DNA of 64,000 nt from Mobula hypostoma (lineage: Eukaryota), in contig NC_086108.1 in the NCBI RefSeq assembly GCF_963921235.1, positions 15,004,001 through 15,068,000 on the forward strand. Reading direction: 5' to 3'. Position 1 is the stretch's first letter. The number at the start of each line of letters is the position of its first letter. Shown in pieces: positions 23,836 to 35,370 of the stretch. Under the pieces are notes generated by a model, which was not told the origin of the DNA, did not search any database, and worked only from the letters and a program-made list of their open reading frames with translations. The position numbers were made by a program, and so were the translations under genes.

Positions 23836-26059
23836 CCATTTCTTTGGAAGTCAGTTTATATCAGGCCAGTGTTTGACGTGTTAAAATTTTGACTTCATTA
23901 TGGTATGGCATACCCTTTTATGTGGTGTGACTGTCTGCAGCATACAGTAGCATTTAGCACAGAACTGCAATCCTGCCTGGTTTTCTTTCAGATTTCCAGC
24001 ATCTGCAGTTTTGGTTGATGACTTAACTGTAACCATTGCAAGGTACATGATGTTAGTACCCTGCTGTTTTTGCAGTCTACTACTGTCCTATTGAGTCATT
24101 GTTTCATGTTTTGAACGCCATCTGAGTATGCCCTTGTCTGTCAACCCTGGCAGGGTGTGTGTAGAAGACGCAACCCCGCCTCTTTCTCTCAGAGGGAGAA
24201 TCCATCAGTGCCCTGTGTTGTTCTTGGGTGAATCATTGTACACCAAGATGACCTCGCCTTGGTTTGTGTTACAGTGTGTCGTGTACCTTTGAGTGTGATT
24301 GTATACTATGTGGCTGTTACAATAATGCAAGTGAGCTGCTGGCACTGATTATGCCGGTACCCTACTCTGGGTGAACTGAATTGACACTGATTTAGCCTTA
24401 TGATTGCTTTAGATTTTGTTGTGGCATGTGTTGAGTATAATTGGCACTGGAAACTAATGGGAGGATAGAAGGCTTGAGGTTTTCAATATTGGGCTTATAG
24501 GCAATCAGTGATGACACCTGCTGATCGCGTTCACTTGAAGTTCGCATGAAGAACAGAAATACCCTCTTTATCCTTTCTGATGCAGGCATGGAATGAAAGC
24601 ACTCTTGAGTTTTTCCCCTAAAGGCCAAGGAAAATGTGGTTTCTGGTGAGTCACCATGCAAGCTTGTAATAACAACCTGGTTAGTTAGAGGATGAGCCCA
24701 TTTTGAAACTTTACTTGCCCAGCCTGTTCTGTGACTGAAGGCTTTTATTTAAGTATGTATGGCTTTTGTACCCTGGGAGGACATCTATTTTTTTTCTTAA
24801 ACACTTTGTTACGGCTTTTATCCCAGGCCCATCATTGTATGTTTGTTGCATTTTTATTAACTTTATTTGCAGAAGTCTTTACATTCAAATAGAATTCTTG
24901 CTGACCAGATGTACCTGAACTTCTGTGGTGTACACTGGTCTTTGGAGGTTTCCAGTGACCCAGTGATTCATTGCTCCCTCTTCATTCCAAAACAGACATA
25001 TTCTTGGAAGAGGGGCAGTCAGTCACCTTTGATGAGTCTTTCAACAGCCTGCTGACTGGACATATTGACAAGGCCTGACCAACAAGGAGGTCCCTCAACT
25101 GACTTGTTCCCTGCTGCACTCTAACCAACAATCAAGGGAGATGGGCAAATTAACTAGAAACCAGGATCGGTTCAACCAGAATTTGAGGAGCAGATCCTTC
25201 AAATACTCGGGAACTGTACCCTTTCACTCTCCATATAAATGACTTTTCTAGCTGTAGAAATGGCAGGTAATTTAAGACTCCAATAACCAAATTAAAAGCC
25301 TCATGCAGCAGTCTGCACTCCAGGGCCATGTTTTAAATGAGGACTACTGTATAGATAAGTCATCCACTGGTGAGTTCCACTTATTACCAAATAGCAGAGC
25401 GGACTGCCACAGCAAGCCAATTGAACGGATAGGGGCGAGGAAGTGGAGAGTGTGCAGGAGCAGCTGTGTGGAAAATGCACCTGCCTTACAGCATGAAGTA
25501 CATTACTGAGACTGCTTCTTTTGTGTAGTACCAGACTGTACTCTACTTCAAAGGAAAGGCATCTCCATCACAGAAGAAATCTGTGTCCAGCATCCCACCT
25601 TAGAGACCCTGCTCAGTTTCATGCCAAGCCTTGAGTACATACATGATATTACTGTCATCATTCCAAGGGTGGTTTACAAACATGGTTCCATGGATGTTCA
25701 TGTTTCACCAATTTATTGAAACACTTTGAAAATTAGTAAATTGGCTTCATATTGTCATGATACTGAGGTACCGTGAAAAGCTTTGTGTTGTGTGCCATCC
25801 ATGGAGATCAAGGGAAAACAACAGAATGTAGAATAAAGAGTTACAGTTAGAGAAAGTGCAGTGCCAGCAGACAATAAGGTGCAAGGTCATAACGAGGTAG
25901 ATTGTGAGTCCATCTTTTGTACAAGAGGTCCATTCAAAAGTTTGTAACAGCTGGTTAGAAGCTGTCCACAACTCTACATTTTCTAAACTGCTGAAGAAGT
26001 GACAGATGCTGTGGAAAGGGGAACTGATACTGCACTTAGATTTCCATTTGGCAATTTAG

Positions 26060-26635
26060 ATTTAGATTATGAAGACACGCAGTCCTCTTTTATTGTCATT
26101 TAGTAATGCATGCATTAAGAAATGATACAATATTTCCTCCGGTGTGATATCACAAAACACGGGACAGACCAAGACTGAAAAAACTAATGAAACCACATAA
26201 TTATAACATATAGTTACAACAGTGCAACAATACCATAACTTGATGAAGAACAGTCCATGAGCACAGTAAAAAGTTCAAAGTCTCTCAAATATCCCACATC
26301 TCACGTAGACAGTCCGACTCTGAGTCGTCCGAAAACTTCGAGCCTCCGATCAGCTGTCCGATACCGAGCACCATCTCTAACCGAACGATTTGACCTCAAT
26401 CTCGGTTGCCAACAGCAGGCAAAGCCGGAGATTTTGAGGCCTTCCCTCCGGAAGATTCTCGATCACACAGTAACAACAGCAGCGAACCTGCGTTTCAGAA
26501 ATTTCTCCAGATGTTCCTCTGTGCTTTCACGTCTGTCTCCATCATCAGAATTGTCCACAGCCCTTATTTAACAGATACGATATCATTTTCACTGGAGGGC
26601 TGCGCACATGCGGTGCGCTGCTATCTCCTCCCCCC
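26060..26635 (-). mobile_element. Unclassified non-autonomous retroposon (CpG-rich 5' part, LINE-like tail)
   Basis: The minus strand ends aataaaagaggactgcgtgtcttcataatctaaatctaaa, a poly(A) signal plus short tandem tail; CpG-rich body. Confidence 0.5.
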
Positions 26636-26804
26636 GCCTTTTAATGCATAAAATAATAGCCACTAGTGTTTTAAAAAAAGAAAGTGCTTTTGCATGGACA
26701 AAGGAATAGCTGATTAACGGAAAACTGGAGAGAAATAGGAATTTTACTGGTTGGCAAAGTGTGCCGTAGAAATGTGTTGGAGTTTCAACTGTTTGCGTTT
26801 ACAC

Positions 26805-27325
26805 TGCATAGTCACTTTATTAGGTGCACCTGTACACTTGCTTGTTAATGCAAATATCCAATCAGTCAATCATGGCAGCAACTCAATGCATAAAAGCATG
26901 AATGGTCAAGAGATTCAGTTGTTGTTCAGAAGAAACATCAGAATGGGGAAGAAGTATGATGTAAGTGACTTTGACCATGATTGTTGGTGTCTGAGTATCT
27001 CAGAAACTGCTAATCTTGTGGGATTTGGAAGGGCAGAGGTTCCCAAGATTTTACATGCCATGGACCAATACCATTAAGCAAGGGGTCCATGGACCTCAGG
27101 TTGGAAATCCCTGCTCTAAAGTTTACAAAGAATGGTACAAAAACACCCAGTGAGTGACAGTTCTGTGGGCAAAACTACCTTGTTAATGAGCAAGGTCGGA
27201 GGGGAATGGCCAGACTTTTTGAAGCTGACAGGAAGGTGAGAGTAATTGAATTAACCACACATTACAACGGTGGTGTGCATAACCTGTCAAACCTTAGAAT
27301 GATTGTGCTACAGCAGTGCACCACC
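26805..27325 (+). mobile_element. Tc1-family DNA transposon remnant (transposase N-terminus)
   Basis: MGKKYDVSDFD...LSISETANLVGF resembles the Tc1 paired-like HTH start; interrupted by the MITE at 27034-27113. Confidence 0.7.
27034..27113. mobile_element. About 80-bp hAT-like MITE
   Basis: cagaggttcccaag...ggttggaaatccctg; same body as 15049-15128. Confidence 0.65.
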
Positions 27326-27399
27326 ACAGAGTAGCTTTAGCACAACACTATTACAGTTTGGGGCATTGGAGTTCAGTCCCGGCTACTCTGTACGTCATA

Positions 27400-29590
27400 A
27401 AGCCATTGAAAAGTATACCACAGAAACATGCCCTTCGGCCCATCTAGTCCATGCCGAACCATTTAAATTGCCTACTCCTGTTGACCTACATCCAGACTAT
27501 AGCCCTCCATACCCCTGCCATCCATGTACCTATCCAAAATTATCCTCAACGTTGAAATCGTGTTTGCGTGCACCAGTTGTGCTGGCAGCTCATTCTACAC
27601 ACTCGCCATCCTTGGAGTGAAGACATTTCCCCATATGTGCCCTTAAACTTTTCATTTTTCACCCTTAATGACCTCTAGTTGTAGTCCCACCCGACCTCAG
27701 TGGAAAAAGCCTGCTTGCCTATCAAATCCCTCATAATTTTGTATACCTCTATCAAATCTCCCCTCAATCTTCTACATTCCAAGGGATAAAGTCCTAACCT
27801 ATTCAATCTTTACTTTTAATTCGTGTCCCCCAGTCACAGCAACAACCTTGTAAATTTTGTCTGTACTCTTTCAACCTTATTTGCATCTTTCTTGTAGCAG
27901 GTGACCAAAACTACACACAATACTCCAAATTAGGCCTCACCAAGGTCTTATACAACTTAAACATAACATCCCATCTCTTGTACTCTGTAGTTTGATTTAT
28001 GAAGGCCAATGTACTAAAAGCTTTCTTTATGACCCCACCTACCTTAGATGATGTCACTTTCAATTAATTATGTACCTGTATTCCCAGATCCCTTTGTTCT
28101 TCCTCAGTGCTCTATCATCACCACATAAGACTTGTTATGGTTGGTTCTTCTGAAGAGCAGTACTTTGCATTTGTCTTCATTAAGTTCCATCTGCCATTTT
28201 TCCAGCTGGTCCAGATCCCACTGCAGGCGCTGTCCACTACACTCCCAATCTTGGTGTCATCGCAAATTTGCTGACCCAGTTAACTACGTTATCATCCAGA
28301 TCATTGATATAAATGACAAACAGCAATGGATCCCTGTTGCACTCCACTCATCACAGGCCTTCAATCAGACAGGCAACCATCTACTACCACTCTCTGGTTT
28401 CTCCCACATGTTTAATCCAATTTACTACCTCATCTTGAATGCCAAGCAACTGAACCGTTTTCACCAACCTCCTATACTGGACCTTGTCAAATGCCTTGTA
28501 AGACAACATTCACTGCCTTGCCTTCATCAATTTTCCTTGTAATTTCCTCCAAAAACTCCAGTCCTTTATAATACCTACCAGTAAATTTCCCACTAATGTC
28601 AGGCACGTCAGCCTATAATTTCCTGGTTTTATTTTTAGAGCCTTTCTGAATCAGTGGAACAACATTAGTTATCCTCCAATCCCCTGATAACTCACCTGTT
28701 GCTAAGGATTTAAATATCACTGCTTGGGCCCTTGCAATTTCTACATTTGCCTCCCATAGGGTCCAAGGGAATGCCTTGTCAGACCCTGGGGATTTATCCA
28801 CCTTAATTTACCTCAAGACAGCAAACACCTTTTCCTCTGTAATCTGTATCGGGTCCATGACAATGCTGCTGCTTTGCCTCACTTCAATGGACTGTGTCTG
28901 TTTCCTGAATAAATACGGATGCAAAAAGCCCATTTAAGATTTCCCCCATCTCTTTTGGCCCACACATAGGTTACCATTCTGATCTTCCAGAGGACCAATT
29001 TTGTCCCTTGTAATCCTTTTGCTCTTAACATATCTTCAGAATCCCTTGGGATTCTCCTTCACCTTGTCTGCTACAGCAACCTCATGCCTTCTTTTAGCCC
29101 TCCTGATCTCTTTAAGTGTTTTCTTGCATTTCTTATACTCCATAAGCACCTCATTTGTTCCTACCTGCTATGCACCTCCTATTTTTTCTTTGCCAGAGCC
29201 CTAATATTTCTTGAAGATCAAGTTTCCATAAACCTATTATGTTATTCTGACAGGCACATATTTGCTTTGTACTCTCAAAATTTCACTTTTGAATTCTTCC
29301 CATTTACCAAGTGCACCTTTGCGAGAAAACTGCCTGTCACAATCCACACTTGCCAAATTCTTTCTGATACTATCAAAGTTGGCCTTTCTCCAATTTAGAA
29401 TTTCAACCTGCAAACCAGACCTATTTTTCCATATTTACATTGAAACTAAGGCATTATGATCACTAGATACAAAATGTTTCCCTACACAAACTTCTGTCAC
29501 CTGCCCTGTCTCATTCCCTAACAGCAGATCAAGTATCCACTCTCATTGGGACTTCTACATACTGATGAACAAACTTTCCTGAACACTGGA
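27400..29590 (-). mobile_element. CR1 LINE, degenerate ORF2 and 3' UTR
   Basis: DKSPGSDKAFPWTLWEA...DWRITNVVPL; same subfamily as 2133-4315. Confidence 0.85.
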
Positions 29591-30934
29591 AAACCATAAG
29601 ATTTAGGAGCAGAATTAGGCCAAATGTGATGTGAATCTAAGGTCCTATGGTAAAATGATCCCTGTACACTTTACAAAAATGAGTAGGGTAGGGTTCCCTT
29701 AGCTAGTGTTTAAATCCTCAACTTCCACTTAAACACAGCAACAAATTGCTTTCTGTGGCATCTTTGTATGATTGGCTGCCACATTGTGAACATTACACTA
29801 TGCTATATTTTAAAGTTGGATTGGGTTTAAAATGCTTGGGCACGTCCTGAGATCACAAAAGGCAAGGTACTAACATGGATGTCTTTTGTAGACTTCCTCC
29901 ATTGTAGTTGGACCACTTTCCAATTGTCGTCTTTAACTTCATGGTAAAGGAAATTTGAGTCTCTTGATCAAAAGGTGCCAGAGTCCCTTTTACAAGACTT
30001 GAGGTTCCAGACATGCTGGCTATTGGGAATGCTCGGAAACCTGAACATTGCCTGGCATGACTCATTCAGCGATAGGGAGAGACTGGGTTTCTGTTTCTTA
30101 AACCCTAGGAGGATCGAGTCAAGCTTATTGTCATTTAACTATATACAGTTATATAATGTATATAACCATCTAATGTATATAGAAACGAGAATGTTTCTCC
30201 AAACCAGGGTGTAAAACACAGTAGTGCACATAACACACGATAACCTATGAAGGTAAGGATAAAATCTACAGAATGATCACACATAAATAACCAACTAAAG
30301 TGCATTAATTTTAAATATTGGAAGGTATGAAACAGATTAACCAGAGTCACTTAGAATACAATGCAGTCAGGAGGGAGGATCTCAAAATTATAAGAGACAT
30401 CATATATGTGGAAATCTTTACCCATAGCAGAGGCATATGAAACTACTTGTCATAGGCCTAAGCTGAGGGGTAATAGGTTTAGAGGAAATCTGAGGAGGAA
30501 TGTTTCACCCAGAACGTGATTAGAATTTGGCATACACTGCCTAAGGTGGTGGTGGAGGCAGTTACTCTCAACATTTGAGAACTATTTGGACAAGCACTTG
30601 AATCAGTGACATACAAAAGGCTAAGGGTTAGAGGATGGTATTAGTACAAGGAATACTCAATATGTGCACGGACATGGTGGGCTGAAGGTTCAGTTTCTCT
30701 GCTATAATTACACCATGACTCTTTATCAGGGACTGGGGTAAATCTGCTAGGTACTCATCCAGTGAACTCAATTTAGTTGAATTTGTTGATGACCTGCAGA
30801 CAATCTCCATATCCCTTAGCACTCTTGGTTACCTAAAGTCTGTCAGTCTCAATTTAAAATTAATAATTGATTTTCCATTGCTTGAACTCTTTCACCTGCC
30901 AAGACAGAAGATTCAATATGAGCTTCCGATTTGT

Positions 30935-31200
30935 GAACCTAGCTAGCAGAGCCACTGCTCCACGGTGCTAGAGATCCAGGATTCAATCCCCACCTTGAGT
31001 GCTCCCTGCGGAGCTTGCATTTTCACCATGTGGGTTTCCTCCAGGTGTGCTAGTTTTTTGCCCACAAACTTTATTTGTGACTGGAAATTCCTAATCAGTC
31101 AGTGAGTAATAAAATCTGGGAGAGAGTTGATGAGAAAGTGGGAGGAGTGAAAAAAATCAGTGTAAATGAGTGGTTGATGGTCAGTGCAGACTTTGTTGCC
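30935..31200 (+). mobile_element. V-SINE (HE1-like) remnant
   Basis: Box B-like ggattcaatcc followed by a V-domain-like ggagcttgca...gtgggtttcctccaggtgtgc. Confidence 0.6.
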
Positions 31201-31314
31201 TGAGTCTCTACCAGGCATCAGCATCCACTCACACTCATTCAGTTTTATTCTCCCCATACTTGCATCAGTTTTCTCCAGATCCTATCACTCACCTACAGCA
31301 AACTCCTGTTTCTG

Positions 31315-31450
31315 GTGGGTTACTCACTAGGGGCAATTTACAGCAGCCAATTAACCCACCAACCCATACATTGTTGGGATGTGGTGGGAAACCATCACAC
31401 CCAGGGGAAGCCCACACGGTCAGAGGGTGCCAATTCAATACAGACATCAC
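31315..31450 (-). mobile_element. V-SINE fragment
   Basis: Reverse complement reads cgtgtgggcttcccctgggtgtgatggtttcccaccacatccc...ggttaattggctgctgtaaattgcccctagtg. Confidence 0.55.
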
Positions 31451-31654
31451 CCTGGGTCAGCATCGCAGATCTGAGAGGGCCATTCTGGTATCTGTTGATA
31501 ATAAATCTTCACAACAGCACTGGGAGGAGATGTGATGCAAGGTGTCGGGGGAAAAAAATCTTGAAAAGTACATTGTTGATGGATAAGGTACGTACATACA
31601 CCCACCCACCCAACTTGGTCGCAGAAGTAGCCTGTTTGCATTGCTGTGCAGCCG

Positions 31655-31889
31655 GGGATTAAATGGGCGGAGCTAGGCGGGGGCCTGTACCGCCGGGCAC
31701 TGTTTTGACTGACTATGCAAGTGCCTGATCATCCGGTAGTGTCTGTGCGCGTGCGTGGAAGTTCAGAGTGCGCTGCTCGAGCAGCTGTTTCCTGGTGGGG
31801 TGATTCCTCCCACACACAATAAGGAGGAAGTTGGAATATGAGGGTGGAAAACCCCAGAAGAAGAGAAGCAGAGATGTACCTCGAATAAG
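31655..31889 (+). promoter_or_regulatory. Probable promoter and non-coding exon 1 of RC3H1
   Basis: GC boxes GGGCGG (31665) and GGCGGGG (31676), NRF1-like GCGCGTGCG, local CpG enrichment, donor AAG|GTAGGC at 31890, and G/T-skewed sequence downstream. Confidence 0.5.
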
Positions 31890-33600
31890 GTAGGCATCTG
31901 TCCAGAAGAAGAAATTAGAAACAGCCTTCGATGCAGCTTCCTGTGCAGACTGCGGCTGGTGTTGAGCACGGAAGACTGCGACGGTGTCTCTGCTCTTAGC
32001 TTTGTGGGTCAGTGCGAATGGATGCATGTTATTCCCTTGATGGTGGCTGGCTTGGTTGGTCCAAGCTAGACTGCGGAGTTCCTCCCGTTCTGCGCTTCTC
32101 TATTCGTAGTGAGTGGGGGAGGGGACCGGAGGAGAGAGGCAGATTGAATTAACCCTTAAGTGTCTGGTGGAATGGAACAGTCCTTAAAGACAAAGAAGCG
32201 GGGCCTGTTTCCAGTGTGTTACACATAAGCACTTATTCAGGGCTTTGAGTTCAGACAGCTTACTATTCTAATGACAGACTAGCAGATTTCCCGTCTCAAA
32301 CTTTCAGACCTCTGGTTATCCCAGCTGGAGAAGAGTTAACCTGGCGTTCAGTTTAATATGGCGTAGTGAATAGCTGTTTGGGCGGGGGGGGGGGGTTACC
32401 GTAATGTATGAGGAGCTGAAAAGTCACTGACTTTTTGGCAAACAGCTACAGATAAAAAAAAAGTCTTTGTTAACCAGGCCTATGAATGACTTGCTCAGTC
32501 TCATGCTCTTGTGTCTAGAAGGAAGTACTGAGGGCCGCATCATTGACACCCATTTTACATTGCAAGTTTAATTTATATGGGAGGCATGATTTGGATTGAT
32601 GTGGAGGGCAACAATGATTTCACTACAATTGCAGCAATTCCAGTATCATCACTGTTTTTGATTAATAGTTCTGTGTATATATCTGAGGGAGCAATGGGCT
32701 GAAAGGCTGTACTTGTCCTTGTAGTTTTATCCATGTAGTAAAATGTAGTATTGTTTTCATTCAAGTTTGTGTGTGCACCCTGCCCCGTGTCTGACTTTGT
32801 ATGCCAGTGTTCTCGGTCTTGTATTTGAAACTTGTGACAGTGCATTTCCCTTGTTTTTGTGTCAGCATTATGTTCACTCCTGAGTTTGCATACATTAGTG
32901 TGCTTTAAGCTACATTTATGTCCAAAGTTTTGCTCATTTCCTGTTTGTGTATAGAACCTGCTCAGTGCTGTGTTAATATATGAAGGTTGTACTTGGTTCT
33001 GTGTTCCTCTGTAGGGCCCGTGCACTACCTGTTTTGGAGTGAGTGCTTGTGAGGTTGGTGTTAAAAGAGACTGTATTTGATATGGGAACTAAGATTGCTG
33101 CTGTGTTAATGTCCGTGTAGACTGTATTTAGTCATGTATTACTTGCTCCAATCCAAGGTCCAACATGAAAGATGTGCTTAGTCCCATTTTGGTGTGTGTA
33201 TGCCTGATCTCACATCAGTGAGTGAATGCTGTACTAATGTACTGCATTTCCCTGTACGTTTGGGTGTATTTCACCCAAAATGATGGTTAGGTTAGTTGAT
33301 CATTGTAAATTAGCTTGTAATTACGCTAGTGTTAAATTGCTGGGTGATCAGAAGGGCCCATTCCACGCTGTCTCTTAAATAAAAATAAATTAAATGTCAC
33401 TGTTTTTGATGTACATTTAATAAAAACTAATCTAATGGCTGTGCTCTTGTGTGAAGGCAGTGATCAGTTCCATGTTATTGTTAATGGCTGCACTCTCCCA
33501 TGTGGTCAGTTCTAAGTAGGTAGAATTTTTGTCATCCACTATTGTGTGGAGGTTACAAAGGGTTTTGTGTCAGTATGTGAAAGCTAATTTCTGTATATGG

Positions 33601-33816
33601 AAACAACAGGAATTCTGCAGATGCTGGAAATTCAAGCAACACGCATCAAAGTTGCTGGTGAACGCAGAAGGCCAGGCAGCATCTGTAGGAAGAGGTGCAG
33701 TCGACGTGTCAGGACGAAGTTAGTCCTGACGAAGGGTCTCAGCCTGAAACGTCGACTGCACCTCTTCCTACAGATGCTGCCTGGCCTGCTGCGTTCACCA
33801 GCAACTTTGATGTGTG
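33601..33816. mobile_element. Fold-back mini-element of inverted PLE termini (tail on the left)
   Basis: 33640-33716 pairs with 33722-33816. TSD tttctgtatatgg at 33588-33600 and 33817-33829. Confidence 0.92.
33722..33757 (+). ncRNA. Minimal hammerhead ribozyme motif (core intact)
   Basis: AGTC-CTGACGA-AGGGTCTCAGCCT-GAAA-CGTC-GACT. Confidence 0.7.
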
Positions 33817-33922
33817 TTTCTGTATATGGAGTTTGTGAAGGAGCAGTTGGTCTGCTGGTATGTAGAGGCCGTAATCTGTTGTGTTAATGTGCTCAGATCT
33901 TATTGTGTGGAGGCTTTCCTGA

Positions 33923-34530
33923 TGTGCAGTGGATGTTGTGTATTGATGGTGTGCAGTGGATGTTGTGTATTGATGGTGTGCAGTGGATGTTGTGTATTGA
34001 TGGTGTGCAGTGGATGTTGTGTATTGATGGTGTGCAGTGGATGTTGTGTATTGATGGTGTGCAGTGGATGTTGTGTATGCTGGTTAGCAGTGGATGTTGT
34101 GTATTGATGGTGTGCAGTGGATGTTGTGTATTGATGGTGTGCAGTGGATGTTGTGTATTGATGGTGTGCAGTGGATGTTGTGTATTGATGGTGTGCAGTG
34201 GATGTTGTGTATTGATGGTGTGCAGTGGATGTTGTGTATGCTGGTTAGCAGTGGATGTTGTGTATTGATGGTGTGCAGTGGATGTTGTGTATTGATGGTG
34301 TGCAGTGGATGTTGTGTATGCTGGTGTGCAGTGGATATTGTGTATTGATGGTGTGCAGTGGATATTGTGTATTGATGGTGTGCAGTGGATATTGTGTATG
34401 CTGGTGTGCAGTGGATATTGTGTATGCTGGTGTGCAGTGGATATTGTGTATGCTGGTGTGCAGTGGATGTTGTGTATTGATGGTGTGCAGTGGATGTTGT
34501 GTATTGATGGTGTGCAGTGGATGTTGTGTT
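33923..34530. repeat. 27-bp tandem repeat, about 22 copies, with 26-bp variants
   Basis: Unit tgtgcagtggatgttgtgtattgatgg, which gives the 9-aa periodicity VQWMLCIDG in the ORF track. Confidence 0.95.
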
Positions 34531-35124
34531 TGCAGGTAGAAGCTCAGTGCCGTTGCAGGCTAAGGTACTGCTGAATAATGGCTTAACTCAAACTTTTAAA
34601 AAGCAGTGAAAAATCCTTGGTTCAAGTCTCAAGGCTCTGCTTTGTGTAGTATTGGTGTGGATGTAGACTGTGTGGGTCTGTGGTGAATGTGTTCTCAAGG
34701 TATTTGTCAGTGAGTAAGTTCTGTGTCTATCTTGTTTCATTGAGTGGAGACTGTGATGATGGCTTGGTAGGCATTGTGTGTGGTGCTGTTTGAAGTGTGA
34801 GGTGAAGATGTTCAGTGGCAGTTTCTGGTTAAATCTTTGCTTTGGTTTGTGGAGGATGAGTGATGTCCAGTGATACTGGGCGGATGATGTACTTGCATTG
34901 ACAGCGAAGGGTATGTCCAGTCCTGCATTTGTGGCTGGCAGCAGTGCCTGGTCTCATGCCTGTGGCTGATGAGAATATCCGGTCTTCCGTATATTTGGTG
35001 GAGCAGTCTGAGCAGGCGTTCAAGGGCGCTGCAAAAATACCACTCGCTCTGTCTTTACAAAATCTTTCAAATGCTTTAGAAGGAGCAAACCACCATCAGT
35101 GTCCTCTTCTAGGCCAGCAGCCAC

Positions 35125-35370
35125 TTTTCCGAGCTCTGTCCAGAAGAGTTTACCAGTGGACAGAAGAAAAGATCCAAGGATGTTCTTGAAGCCTCACTGA
35201 AGAGGTGCAACACTGACTCTGAGAAATCCTTGGCCATGAAGGAGTATTGAGATCCCCTGAGGCCATGGACTGGGAACATGCAGAGAGCCTGTTCAAATGG
35301 TGGAAGGTGTATACTACATAACAAACTAGGCACCATCCGCCCCAACTCTCCCCACACTGGCTGATCACCT
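35125..35370 (+). mobile_element. RTE-clade LINE C-terminal fragment
   Basis: ggacagaagaaaagatccaaggatgttcttgaagcctcactgaagaggtgcaac = GQKKRSKDVLEASLKRCN, similar to the RTE GGQKKRYKDTLKASLK motif. Confidence 0.6.

Noticed and set aside
24640..25270. Possible exons in unique sequence (donor 24646, acceptors near 24872 and 24995, donor near 25267)
   Set aside because: Splice-like words only; the frames are short and match nothing I recognise.
33923..34530. CRISPR array or Cys-rich repeat protein
   Set aside because: Units are head-to-tail with no unique spacers, there are no cas genes, and the context is vertebrate. The ORFs arise from the 27-bp periodicity.
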